The notes beneath the pieces were generated by a model, which saw only the letters and a program-made list of their open reading frames with translations, made no database searches and had not been told where the DNA came from. DNA of 64,000 nt. Source: Paramecium tetraurelia. Its lineage: Eukaryota. The stretch spans positions 62,001-126,000 of the forward strand of contig CT868185.1 of assembly GCA_000165425.1 (NCBI GenBank), in the 5' to 3' direction. Numbering within the stretch: the stretch's first letter is position 1; each line of letters begins with the position of its first letter. A program made the position numbers and the translations under genes. This document shows positions 25,952-38,818 of this stretch, in pieces.

Positions 25952-27378
25952 ATGTTTGAAGAATTTAACCTTTCTGATGCAGATTCTTATGTCCAAAAGC
26001 CAGCTAGAGGACGGACATGTCATGATCGTTAATGTATGTATACAAATTACGGTTAGCAACAAGTTAAGAAAGATTGGAAACACAACAATAATATTAATAA
26101 TTTTAAAAGTTTTATGAAACATGCTCAAATATACCCATTGACTTCACTTATCTTAGGGAATACTTCAACATTCCTTTCAATGATTGTTTAAATGATTAGG
26201 AGATTTTAAAGATCCAAAAAAAAATACACAGTAGAAGATTCTCGATGAATCAGAAAAAAAGTTGGAGCGTAGATGAAAAAAAGGTATTGGTTTGGGTTGT
26301 TGGGAAATATTGTTAACTTAATTAGAAGAATTGTAGATATTTGGATAACAACGATTTCAATGAGATTAGCTAATACCTTCTTAGAAGAAATATTGACAAT
26401 ATTAGACAAAAGTGGTGGTCAATGCTAAAAACATCTTTGGTATCTCAACCATTTACACAAGAAGAGGATCAATAGATCATAATTCTCTATGAGAAATATA
26501 AAGATAAAGATAATAAATGGAAATTGATAGCAAACGAAATGAATAACAATAATATGATATATCGAACTTGTAAACAACTTAGAGAGAGGTGGATTAACTA
26601 TCTGGATCCTAACTTATTGAAAATTAAGGATCCTTGGACTGATAGAGAGGATCTAGAATTAATTTATCAAATATAATAAAAAGGCAAAAAGTGGACTGAA
26701 ATTGCTAAAATTTTAAAAAGGAATGAGAATTAAGTTAAGAATCGTTTTAATTGTCTACTCAAACGGGAAGAGGTTTAAGATGATTTAAACAAATTGATTG
26801 ATAAGGTCTTATGGAAAATCAGCAAGTAGCCAGTAGTGATGCAACCAGAGAATTAAGATAGACCTGCATTACCATCAAATTCCCAAAATTAGAGCTTACT
26901 CTTAACTATAGCAAAAATAGAATCACTAAAAAAAGATGAAATTAATTAACTTACGCCTTGTATGGTCAATTTAAAAACGAACTAAATTTATTTTACTCCA
27001 TCTCATATATTGCAAGGATTACTAAAAATTGAACAATCAGATTTGCAAGATGAATTCGAATTAGCCAAAAAGGATATTGAAAAATTTGAATCAATGCCTC
27101 ATCAATTTTTCCATTCGCTATCTGTCATAAGCGAAGAGTATTCCATACCATAAAACTATCAATCATAAATTCAACCAAACATCAAATCTTTGTCAGAATT
27201 ATCTAATTATGAATCTCCCTAAATGTCTAAATCCAATGAGAATAATGCAATCTTTCATCCAATAAGAACCTTGACTTCTCTAAAAAAGCAATACTTTAAG
27301 CATCGAACTGATTTTAGTATTCCTTAAGTTTAATCTTCAAGTCCGTGGAGATCATTGCCAATATTAATTATGTGCTGA
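25952..27378 (+). CDS. Myb-domain (R2R3-like) transcription factor
   Basis: FTQEEDQQI...KWKLIA...RTCKQLRERWINYLDP and WTDREDLEL...GKKWTEIAKIL.RNENQVKNRFN. Confidence 0.9.
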
Positions 27379-28270
27379 TAACTAATAAATATATCTAATT
27401 TTATATATTCTTCATTATGCCTTTATTTTTTCTATTGCTCTTTTCCATTCTATCCAAACAATAATAAAAATTGTGCATTAAGCTGAATATTTTTGATTTA
27501 GCTAAAGTGACAAGAATGCTCCTGCATTTAGATAGAAATTACTTTCATTTCTACATTCATCCTCTTTATCCTCAATATATTCAAATTTAGTTTTATCAAA
27601 GTGTAAATTAAGGTGTTTAAGGTGCTGTTAGATTGAATCTAATTGATGTATCCAAAAAATGCAAATTCCAAAACTAATAATGCCAAAAACAACTTTCACC
27701 TTAGAATGGTTATTACTTTTCACAATCTCTACTATCACACAATTTCATTACTTTTTAGACTGAATTTAACAACTTTTTTGGAATTCAAATTCTGTCAACC
27801 CATACATTGTAGTGACTTTGATTAAATGTACATAAGTGAATTTATTTATAAAGATTATTTTATGAAATCAATATAACGATTAAATGAAATCACTTGAGAA
27901 TTAAAAGCATATCTTAATACTATATACCTAATATAAGCATACTGCTATATTTTCAATTAGAATCAGAGATTTACAGGTACTATAAAGATATATACAATAT
28001 AAATAAATTTTATTTGAGAATCTAGGAACCTCGAAACATTAACTTAATAATCAAAGTTGCCATCATCCCAATTACACAATTATTTAATATAGGTTTCATG
28101 ACGATCCTAATCTCTGAAATGAAATACAGAAATTCATGATGGCCTTAAACCATAAATAATTAAATTAATATTAAATAATGACATTTACAAAAAAGAGTTT
28201 ATTTTCTTCATAATTGTACAGATGCATTATAAAGTATATATATAAAACTAGCTTTTAAATAGATTGGAGT

Positions 28271-30195
28271 TCATAATATAGGCATACTATCATTCCAATC
28301 TAATTCTAATTCTCCGTATTTAGTTTTCAGTAAGCATTCTATCAAGGGTGTAATTTTGTCACTCGAATCAAATTGAACTCCCTCTATTTCAACCTTCTTT
28401 TTCAATTTTCCTAGTTACGCACCCAATCTTCTTATTGTGATTATTATTAAATCATCAGAATTATTCAATCCGTCATAAAACACTAGATCAAATTCCTTTA
28501 AATTATTTTCTACTTTATATTTCAATCATACTTAAATAAGGCTTATCCTAAATTACATCATTATTGCAACCAAAAATGACTGAATAATGATATTCTTTGC
28601 AAATCACCCATATGGGTAGGAGGGGTTCCTTCAAATTCTTACCAACTTCAAGATATTAAAAGTGCTCAAATATAGTCAAGAATCCTATCTCACTTCTCTC
28701 TTCAATTCCTTTTATCTTCATATCATCTATTTGTTTGCATCTACAAATTATAAGCTAAGTATTACCCGTCAAAACAATTGCTAATAGCCTTTCCAGTCAA
28801 CATGAGATTTACAGCTTCTTGAGTGCAATGTCCATGATTACCAATTAAAGGATTTGTGGCTGAATCCATTTCCAACATGATTTATTCAACACCTTTTGTT
28901 AAAATCAGAGAATAGAAGAACAAAGTTACTCCATTTTATCCGAAAAACATAGATGTATGTTCCAATAGTATTTCATACAAATAACTAAGAGATTTGATTT
29001 GGTATTCCAAATAATCGCAGCTTTCAATTCCTATTGCTTAATTCATCGATGAATCCCTTGCTGGAATTACTAAAATGAGCCTTTCTTTATTAGATTTAAA
29101 TAGAATATCTGCTAAAGAGGCAAGTAAACAGTTTTATTTAATTGAAGACTTAGAGTAGATAGATTAAGAAAACAGAAAGTGTTTAAGATAGTAGGCTTAA
29201 ACTGAGGCCAACACACCACATGGACCTCCTTCTAACTAATGTAATCCGTAAAAAGTAGGTTCATCTTTAAAAATAAAAGGTTATGACCAACTCTTTGGTA
29301 ATCCAGTAATAGTACCTTAAAATAATAGTTTCTTGATAGGCTAAGTTATGGTTTTTTATTAAGGTTTTCGTTTTCCTTAATTAAAGCCTATACTTTTATC
29401 ATAATTAATATTAGTAGTTGGAAATTAAACATTATGTTATTTGATATTGCATTTTTGATACTCCACCTTGATATTCGGAACTTATTTATTAGTATTATGT
29501 TCATCTTTGAGTTACAATATTGATTAAGCCTCCTTGTTTTCAAATTGTTTTTTCATATTGATTAATCTAGGTGGTTAAGAAAGTGGTAACAGTGGTTCAT
29601 CTTTTTTATGTTATTTAGATTGATCTTCTACTATTTGATCTTAAAAATTAAATAATTTGGCTTATTTAAGTGAAGTTTTTCTTGGTACTTCAAATGCTCC
29701 TTTATTGGGTGAATATTTTTCATCTTTCTTTTCCTCTTTATTTTCTTCTTTCTTTTCATCTTTTATTTTGTCTTTTTATTCATCTTTTTATTCAATCAAT
29801 AGATCTTCTTATGTTATATTCAAATTCTTAGGTTTGTACTCTGATTATGGTCGTTTCTTCATCCTATTTGAACGAGATGCTCCACCACTGGACTCAATTG
29901 GAATATCTTAAGGGATGTCTTCAATTCTTTCTGCTTTAGAAGGTGTTGTTAATTCTTCCAATAATGCTTTTTTTTTGAGAAGGTGGGATATCAGGATTTC
30001 CAATAAACTTTTTAAAGGTTGCTTTTATTCATTGTTTCTTCTCACAATTTTTGAAAGTCCTAGTTACAATATTACATCCATCTTGGTTATGGCTGTCTTA
30101 TAATTTAACTCTGTGTCAAAGGATTTTAAGGTATCATTGAGTTCCGACTTCATAAAGAATTCACGAATAAGTGCTTTAACTACAATTTAATGCAT
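28271..30195 (-). CDS. MINDY-family deubiquitinase (MINDY4/FAM188B-like, DUF4205)
   Basis: N-terminal ALIREFF motif, [40 protein letters not shown] and [15 protein letters not shown]. Catalytic Cys and His are present. Confidence 0.88.
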
Positions 30196-30206
30196 TAATA
30201 TTAATG
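30193..30206. promoter_or_regulatory. 14-bp palindrome containing both start codons of a divergent gene pair
   Basis: CATTAATATTAATG is its own reverse complement. CAT is the MINDY start (minus strand) and ATG is the hydrolase start (plus strand). Confidence 0.7.
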
Positions 30207-31274
30207 TCATTCATAAGTGATTATTGTAAATAGATCATCAGACCCCCAAGAAGAACTTACTCAACACAACAATTAGGTATTAGTACTATACAAATAGGTC
30301 CAAAATTACGGTTTATTCAAAGTGTTCCAATAATAAGAGAGGATTTTGAATTTACATCAAGATAGCTAAAACTTCAAGCTAGTTATTTCATTTCAGAATC
30401 TGTTCACCATCGTTGTTTAATTTATCTTCATTGCAATGCCAGTTGTAGATTAGAAGGATTGTAGTATGTAGATAGGTTATTGGCTACTGGAGTCAATTTA
30501 TGTATTTTCGATTTTGCTGGCTGTGGTTTGTCAGAAGGCAAATACATAACCATGGGAACTTATGAAAGTGAAGATGTTAAAGAACTGATGAATTATATTG
30601 AATGTCGATTTGGTAAAGTAGATGAGTTTATTTTATGGGGAAGAAGCATGGGAGCAGTCACAGCACTTATGCTATCCCAAGATCCTCGAATTACTACCTA
30701 TATAGCTGATAGTGCTTTTACCTAATTACGGACTGTAGTTGAAGAATTAGGCTAATAAAAATTTGGATGCTTTTCATTTATGATCAACGGTTTTATGCCA
30801 TTTCTCAGAAGCAAGATAATAAATGAGGCATAATTTGACATTGACCAGGTCTCCCCTCTCAATTATGTTGGTATACAAAGTAATTCTAAGCGATTTTATT
30901 TTCTGGCTGGAAAAACTGACCAACTGATTCATCCCAGACATTCTCAAATGCTCTATGAAAGATGTAAATCGTATAAGAGACTTGAATTATGCGACGGAAA
31001 CCACAATACAACGAGATAAGTAGAGACATTGGATAAAATATCAAAATTTATTAATCTATTGCAATTAGACCTACCATTCAATGCTGACTATTCTAATAAA
31101 TGCTCAAAATATTTTTAAGAAGCCTAACAATGTCTCAACAGCTACAGGATGCAATAATAAGAATAAGAGGAACAGCTTAAAGAATACGTTAAATAACTCG
31201 AAAGAAAAAGCATCTTGAAGTCATATTAATAACAATAGAGAGACCTTTCAGATCTAGAACAATATTTAGAATGA
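30204..31274 (+). CDS. Alpha/beta hydrolase (IIRPPR / WGRSMGA family)
   Basis: IIRPPRRTY, YLHCNASCRLEG, FDFAGCGLSEG, WGRSMGAVT, DQLIHPRHS and GNHN motifs. Confidence 0.92.
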
Positions 31275-31656
31275 AACCATAACCTTAATTTCTATTAAAT
31301 TTTGAAAATGTATTCTAAATTAGATCTAGCAATTCCTACATTATTTTATAATTTGCAAAGTGTTTAATTTTAGCAATACAAATTATTTTTATGCAATATA
31401 ATTTAATCAAATTCAATATACTCTCACATTTCTCGTCTATGTAAATACATCTGTACTCCAATTTGTAGACATTTATACAATTAATTTCGATTATAAATAT
31501 GTATTTAAGTATTCAGATAATAATCAAATTTCGAAAGAATTTTCAAAAATCATCAGAAATTAATTCACTAACCAATATAAATCAAATCTAAATGACTTAT
31601 ATATTTCTTAAAGATAATATAGATATTTTGGTGTTTATTAATTTAATATTAAATAA

Positions 31657-32046
31657 ATGGGGAATGGATAGTGTTGTAAAAGAGTTGAGAGAGTAGAAAC
31701 ATTAGAAGTCGATAATACTCCTCCTTAAAATGCTAAAATATGCTCTATTTTTGATGCACCACAGCAAATGATTTCTTTATCTGATTCTGATGAAGACTAT
31801 TAACCATAAAAATAGCCTCAGTTTGGAGTGTTCAAAGATCACTAAAAATGTTCTCAGTTATCGACTGGATAATAATACTCATTTTAAAGTCTCCCTTCTG
31901 AATAATAATTCTCTAATTTTGTAACTTTTTAGGCGATTCCGTCTCAGTAAGGAATAAAAAACAATGTATTTTCTAAATTCCAGAAGGAAATGATTGACGT
32001 CTCTAAAAATGTACAACAGCATTAGAAGAACCAGAAACAAAAATGA
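31657..32046 (+). CDS. Small hypothetical protein with N-terminal MGNGQCC acylation-like motif
   Basis: Intronless 129-aa table-6 ORF; TGA 32044-32046. Confidence 0.62.
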
Positions 32047-32432
32047 TATGGGCTGATAAATGATTTTTTTATACTTAAATGACATTTTATTAACTCAATA
32101 ATATCAAGTTCATATTTACAAATGAATTAAATATTATACCGAATAGAACATGATGGCTTTCATTATGAAATGTCAATTTGAATTTTATCTACATCTATTT
32201 ATCCATTCCTTATGTTATGCCAACATAAATAAATCCCATTTTTAACTATCTGTTTTATAATAGATAATATTGAAACATAAATCACTTTTGCAGTTATCTT
32301 GAAATTATGCTCAATTTATAAATTTGTTCAAAATAACATGAACAAATTTGATGATTTAAAATAAATGATTGTATATATAACATCTATTAACTTGCTTAGT
32401 ATTTTTATCTAATATTTATAAATAAGGAATTA

Positions 32433-33432
32433 TCATAGTAAATCCCAAAAAAACTTATTATATCTTTTACCTTTTGGAAATGAATACTATTTTCCTGATT
32501 AAACCTTTATTTCATAATTTCCTGGTCCAGGCACTTTCTATCTCATTACATCTTAGAAAGGTTTCTTTACTCTAATTTATTTATCAAAGAACACTTTTTC
32601 AGTGAAATCTAGAATTTTGAGATTGATGAATTCTTCTGAAGCACTAGACTCATTATCACCTGGTGATACTTAATCCTTATTTTTAATTAATTTCTATATA
32701 TAGTATTCTTGATGAATATCAACTTTATTAATTTTGGCAATTTTAAATCTTTAGTCTTTTTTAAATGTTCTACCTTTTATTTTATCTTTCGGATAATCAA
32801 TCAAGCTTGGACCTATTTTATCTTTACTAATATATGAGTAGTCTCTAAATTTTGGAATTGGTTTAGCTCTCGAATAATAAGAAACAATATATTTTTGGTG
32901 TGGTTTATCTTGAGACCAATAATTCTAAGGCTTTTACATTTTCTATTCTATACTTATGGACGTGTCAATTTTAGAACAACTATTTTTTGAAATTCTTTCC
33001 TTTTATAAATCAAAAATATCTTTTCTTGGCGAATACTTTCCTATGTTGAGTGAACGATCACTTTTTAAATCCTTAACATCATAATATTATGGGCCTTTTG
33101 AGATTGAAGGTAATATAAAGCATTTTGATCTCTCAGACGTAGTAAACGAATGCTAATTTTATTGTTTATGTAATTCAGTCAATTTTCTTTGTTCATTTAA
33201 TTGATATTCTTCATAACAATCATTATGATTTTTAAGTCTATGAATAAATGAATCATCATTTTGTAATTTTTTATTGCTAATTGAACGATGGATAAATTTG
33301 TCTTTATTCTGAATTGCTTTCCCCGATAAATCCTTTCTAAGCTCGTAATCACTAGGTTAATAATCAAAATTACCCAGGCCCAGGTATAATTGGTTTAGCA
33401 TCATATAAATTTTTATACCCAAAACTAAACAT
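32433..33432 (-). CDS. SHIPPO/ODF3-like PGPGxY repeat protein (likely ciliary)
   Basis: MFSFG...IIPGPGDYE (after a 22-nt intron), GPQYY and KVPGPGNYE; ends YSFPKGKR...TGA. Confidence 0.75.
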
Positions 33433-33871
33433 AATTATTTATTAGATTAAGTATTTATTTTAATAAAATTGAAATTATTTCATTATTGTTAAAGGAATTA
33501 ATTATAAATACCCAATCTTTTAATTTAAACTACCCTTTCAAGATATTTTTATTGTTTTAAACGCTAAATAATAAAACAATTTCGACAAACTAACTTTCAT
33601 AGTAAATTACTTGGAATTCATTAAAAGCTATGAATTGAACCGAATCAATTAACAAACAAATATTAAAGAATATTCACACTATGAATAAGTTATGAAATAA
33701 TATTCCACATGAATAAGATGTAATATATCAAATTTAATATATATATTAAGAAAAATTACATTTAAAATCGAAATTTATAATAAAATACAAAACATACTTT
33801 GATTTAGAAGGAATGAGAAGTATTAGAATTATTGTTATTTTAAATGATTTTAATCATCATATATATTTTAT

Positions 33872-35062
33872 TCATCTTATTTGCAATCTTTCTCTTAAAT
33901 ATTCTTTAAGTGTTACAATTTTATCCTAAATATGATCAACAATTCTTGAAATTAAATCAAGTGATTGAACTCTTTATTATGATTCCATCGAATAAATTTC
34001 TTATTATTATCTACACCATTAATCTTGACCATCTAAGTTATTCTAATATATTTATTTTTTAGTTACTTAATTTCTTTCCACTTCTGCTGAGTGATACTCA
34101 ACTTTCCCTTCAGATTCTTCTATAATGCTTTAATAATTTAAGATAGCTTATTCTAAGTTTTACCTTTAATCTTACAATGTATTTCTTTCATTAATTAAAT
34201 CTGATAAAAATTTTTGCCAATTCTGAACTTATTGCTTTTCAATATCTTCATCTTATGATTTACTCTCCACAATTTGAACTCTCAAATTAGCCAATAGTTA
34301 AAGAACCTTTTTTGCTTACTCATTATCTGCCTTAGAACTCATTTATGTCATCATTGAGATAATTGGCTAAAATAAGAGTCCTGCTGATGTTGACTGACTA
34401 TCTTTATATATAAACATGATTTACTTTTATAATCTAGAAAGAACCTTCGTAAATCTGCCTTTTACTTGGATGAATGAGGATCCACTTGAGAGATGTTCGA
34501 CCAACGAATAGGCTTCATCTATAGCTGTTATTGATTCCAAGTGATCCTTTTATTTAGATTAAAATTCAGAGTATTGCAAATCTCTCTCACTTTGTCCTTC
34601 GTTTGTTTTTCTCTAATTCTCTTCAATCTCAACCGATACTTCTGCAATTTTGTTCAAGGATTTCTCTAAATTTCTTGTGTTTTCCTAGCGTATATCAACA
34701 AATCTACTTCAATTATTTTGGAATGTGCCTTAAACTATTATTGATGATATGCTAGATTTGTTGCAAAATCGTGAAGCAACCTATTACAAGAGGCTTCAGT
34801 ATTTTGTATAAATAAGTCAGCATCCTTCTACTCTTATTCAATCATGAATCTGTAAGCATTAATAACCATTTGAATACCTGATATTGTTAATATAACTCTA
34901 AATTTCATGCACAGGTGATCCAGTTGCTAAACCAACTTAAATGGCATTCAAGAAAATTCTTCCTGTTCTTTAAGAATCAATTTCTGTTAATATCATTTTC
35001 GGATCTTTCATAGTTGCAGTCGTAAATACAAAAGAGAGGCATAGAATTAAAATATTTTTCAT
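33872..35062 (-). CDS. Trichocyst matrix protein (TMP)-like secretory precursor
   Basis: Signal peptide MKNILILCLSFVFTTA, then LTEIDSQRTGRIFLNAIQV, acidic coiled coils with sparse Cys and a SSFIQ linker typical of TMP/GRL precursors. Confidence 0.75.
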
Positions 35063-35656
35063 TGAACTTAATAAAATAAATAAAAACGAATTTTTGAATG
35101 AAAAAGTTGCTACATTATCTTCAGTATTCTTTCTATTAGGACCAAATTAGAAACACTGAGCCAAACCTTAATCCCATGTTCAATAAAGGAATACTTAACC
35201 CATTTAGAATCAAAATTATCAAATAGCCCCTTTATAAGTACTCAATTTATCTAGAAAAATATATACTTCTTTACTAAATCAAGTATTAAATAAAATTATG
35301 ATTGAAGCTAATTTAATATTATTATAGCATTAAGAAAAATAATAAAAAAATAAAAGGTAAACATGGCTATAGTAAGAAATAATCTGTTTTTATATTAATT
35401 TTATTTATTGCAGTGTGAACTCTTAAACGATCTATATTTATTAAATTATCTTATTATCTTATTTATTCTTGAAAATAATATACGCTCTCATCTCAAATCT
35501 ACTTCTTAAAATTTTACATCTGTATTTCATTAAGCATCTCTTATAAATCAATTTAATAATGCTTAACTTAAATATACCAAAAAATAATTAAATTTTAAAT
35601 GCATAATCTATTTTTAGAGAATTTCAAAAGTAAAAGATAGTGCTTTGATAATATTT

Positions 35657-35662
35657 AAAAAA
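35657..35662 (-). terminator. RNA polymerase III terminator (T6) of the tRNA-Ser gene
   Basis: Six A on the plus strand (T6 on minus), 2 nt downstream of the tRNA 3' end. Confidence 0.7.
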
Positions 35663-35664
35663 TT

Positions 35665-35746
35665 AGACATCGGCCAGATTCGAACTGACGCGGGAAATCC
35701 CAACAGATTTCAAATCTGCCGCTATAGACCACTCAGCCACGATGTC
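35665..35746 (-). tRNA. tRNA-Ser (anticodon TGA), type II with long variable arm
   Basis: Reverse complement folds as acceptor GACATCG/CGATGTC, D-arm GCT-GAGTGGTCTAT-AGC, anticodon arm GCAGA-TTTGAAA-TCTGT, variable arm TGGGATTTCCCGC and T-arm GTCAG-TTCGAAT-CTGGC; 82 nt. Confidence 0.93.
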
Positions 35747-36462
35747 TTTCTTGAGAATCTATGCTGAGTATTAAAGAAATTCCAAGATTTATAAAACATT
35801 AGATTTAATGCATTTTAAATGATTATAGTATTGTAAAATTACATTTCTTTTAATTTTTTCAACCAATGCAAATCAACTGACAAATTTATTAACTTCTAAT
35901 CAAAGATTGTCCAAGAATTCCTTGTTTTTATTATTAAACAATTACCTTTTGTAGAGATAATAAACTCATAATTCTTATTTGAACTTGTGTTCCGAAATTT
36001 CAATTTTATGTTATATGTAATAAGGGATGGGATAATTCATTTTTCTAATGTAGTTAAGATGAATAAAAAAATATATGATTCCTAAAAAAGATAATAACAA
36101 GAGATGAAGAATGGAAACAATGAAGCTATGAATAGACAGACAGCAAGGGATTTATTCAAACTAGCATTATTATAATTTTCAATGAATTTAGGATATAGTG
36201 AGATAGAGATGAAAATATAAAAAATCAAATTTCCTTTGATTATAGTATTTTTTTCAATATTATCAGTTATAAAAATGAAAATCTGTTTATTCCCATATTC
36301 GAAATGTAATTTTGCTATTATATTAATAAAGATTTCATTTCATTAAGAAATACAAACTTAATGCATAAAATATATTAGAAAATCATAAAAAATTCATTTA
36401 AATATCTTTAAAAAATATCCTAAAATGATATAGTCTAGAAATATATAATAAATTAAACTTTA

Positions 36463-37951
36463 TCACATAATTGAGCATGCTTAAACATTATTGCTAGATG
36501 GTCTCTAAGAATCATTTAATTTTTCATCCATAGATTCATAAAGTCTTTCAGATTAAGCTGGGGCTCCCAATTAAGGGATCGGCATAGTATTTGGTCTCAT
36601 AGTTTGTTAAACTCCACTTATAGGTTTCTGATAGGAACCCATCAATTGTTAAGCTGTTTATTGGTCCCTAATCTTTTATGAAGATGTCACAGAATTAGCC
36701 TTACTATTTGGTCTGAATTATTACTCTGGAAGAGTTGAGCCCTAAAACCCTGGGTTCATGAATTATTATTAAGGAGATTATTAAATTTAATTGGTTTATT
36801 GATAGAATTCTCCTGAGAAATTAGTTTAACTAAGATCTTATTGTTCTTAGCCATAATTTTACATTTTAAAGGCATTGCCCATTGTTTAATGAAAATCGAT
36901 AACTTGCAATTTCCCAGAGGCAACACTTGATTTAGGTTCACTTTTGAGGGTGGCCTCTTATGACCTATCCTCTGCATCTCTTTGTTGTAATCTTTCTAAC
37001 AATTCCTTAGGATCATTATAAAGAGAATATTGAATAGTTCCTTGATTATACATGGGTTTTTGAACTTTGAAGGAAATGCTGCTGGGTTATTAAATGAGTT
37101 ATGTTGGCAACCAATATTACTGTAGATTGGGCATACCTCCACCAAATCTACGTTCCAACATATCAGGATGAAAGCCATGAGCAAGTGGAGCAAAGGATTT
37201 AGATTCCCAAATTTCAATCTTTTTGAATGTTCTACTATCTAACATTTAATGATAATTATCCCAATTCATAAGCAATTCTTTAGATGGATTAAATAGATAG
37301 AGACGGTCTAAGATTTGTGGAAAGTTTTAACTCATCATCCAAATAATGACTTGAAATGTTTTTTAAGGGAAATTGTAAAGACTCATTTAATCCGTTTCAA
37401 CAATAACAACAATGTTTTCAACTTTACCTGGATAGAACATATAATCCTCACAGATTACAAATAGGATGGAAAGAGCATGGATAAAGGCATCTGAATCGAA
37501 CAGATATAGGTCCATCATGTGTAAATTGATAACTATAATTGGACGATATTGATAGTCTTTGCCACCTATATAAACTAATCCTTCTCTCAAACATAGGAGT
37601 ACTTTTTCGGGTATATTAGATAGACGACTTGTATTCAGCCAATGTATATGTCGTTTATATAACTAATTGAGATGGAATTTAAATTACTTCTAGACAATTA
37701 GTCATATTGAAATATCCTGCATAAAGGAATCTTAATAGGACATCGTCAGAACTCACACTTATGTTTGCACCTCTGATGATATCTTTGAATTGTTGAATTT
37801 ATTTCTTCTCAAAATGATCATATTCGACTGATTGAAAGATTCTTCTTGTTGCTGTCCTTTCAATACCTTCTTTCATATAGCCATCTTCATGGTGTATCTC
37901 TTCAACTGTTCTTGGTTTGAGTTTCAAGTAATCAAATTGACTCCCAAACAT
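36463..37951 (-). CDS. CRAL-TRIO (Sec14-like) lipid-binding protein with C-terminal CaaX
   Basis: DDVLLRFLYA, GLVYIGGKDYQYRPIIVIN, PGKVENIVVIVE and QYGG-like motifs; low-complexity tail ending ACSIM-TGA. Confidence 0.88.
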
Positions 37952-37964
37952 TTTAATAAATAAA

Positions 37965-38539
37965 ATGAATTTGATCAAGAAAAAATTGCAAACCCTCCCA
38001 AAAGACTACAGAGCCAAAATCATGCTAAGACTATATGCTGGCGTTGCCAAACCAAGTCCTAAGATGGGTCAATCATTGGGTCCTTTGGGAATCAATATGA
38101 TGCAATTTTTGCAAGGAATTCAATGCCGCAAGTTAAGCCTTTAGACCAGATGTTCCTCTTAGAGTTTAGGTTATAGCCTTTCCAGATAGAACATTCAAAT
38201 TCCTGATCAAGCCACCTGAAACTACTTGGTTTCTTAGAAAGGCAACAGGTATGATTCCATCCATTAATCTTACTAATAGGCACTGATAAATTCACTAATT
38301 TCCCTGGTTATATATGGTATGATACCATCTCTTTGCAGCAAGTGTACGAAATAGGTAATAGACATATCATAATGAATTCATTAGCCAAAGTGAAATAAGA
38401 AATGGATCCCCACTTAAAACATGTCTCGCTTCCAGCCATTTGTAGAATGATTATTGGATAATTAGCATCTTTAGGGTGCAATTTATCCACATAATATTTT
38501 AAACCAGAAACAGTTGTTAGACCAGAAATAAAGAGTTGA
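37965..38539 (+). CDS. MRPL11: Mitochondrial ribosomal protein uL11m (one apparent +1 frameshift at 38106-38110)
   Basis: AGVAKPSPKMGQSLGPLGINMMQF in one frame, then CKEFNA...FPDRTFKFLIKPPETTWFLRKATG...ISLQQVYEIAKVK in the next frame. Confidence 0.88.
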
Positions 38540-38553
38540 TATAATATTAAAAT

Positions 38554-38818
38554 ATGAATTACGAAACACCTCATACTCAAAAAAGTTTGCCCTCTTGTAA
38601 CCCACTGCATAGGTAGATCTCTCTCACTACCTTTTTTTACTAGATACAAAGTCCTTATTAGCAGCTGTTTCTATTGGAAAACAGAGTCCCTGTTGATAGT
38701 TAACCATAATAGGCAATCTAAAAGAAAATAAAGAAAAATCTTTGCATTCCGTAACCTCCTACTCTAGTCAAAAATAAATTACCTTAAAAAGTGGATTAGT
38801 AGATCTCAAAAAATGTGA
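38554..38818 (+). CDS. Small hypothetical protein (structure uncertain)
   Basis: ATG 38554, a plausible GTAG...CTAG intron and a basic table-6 frame to TGA near 38818; no recognisable domain. Confidence 0.3.

Noticed and set aside
35704..35720. Plus-strand reading of the anticodon loop (TTTCAAA) as a TCA opal-suppressor or selenocysteine tRNA
   Set aside because: The A-box, TTCGAAT T-loop and T6 terminator are correctly oriented only on the minus strand, giving anticodon TGA (Ser) with a normal 7/5 acceptor/T-stem.
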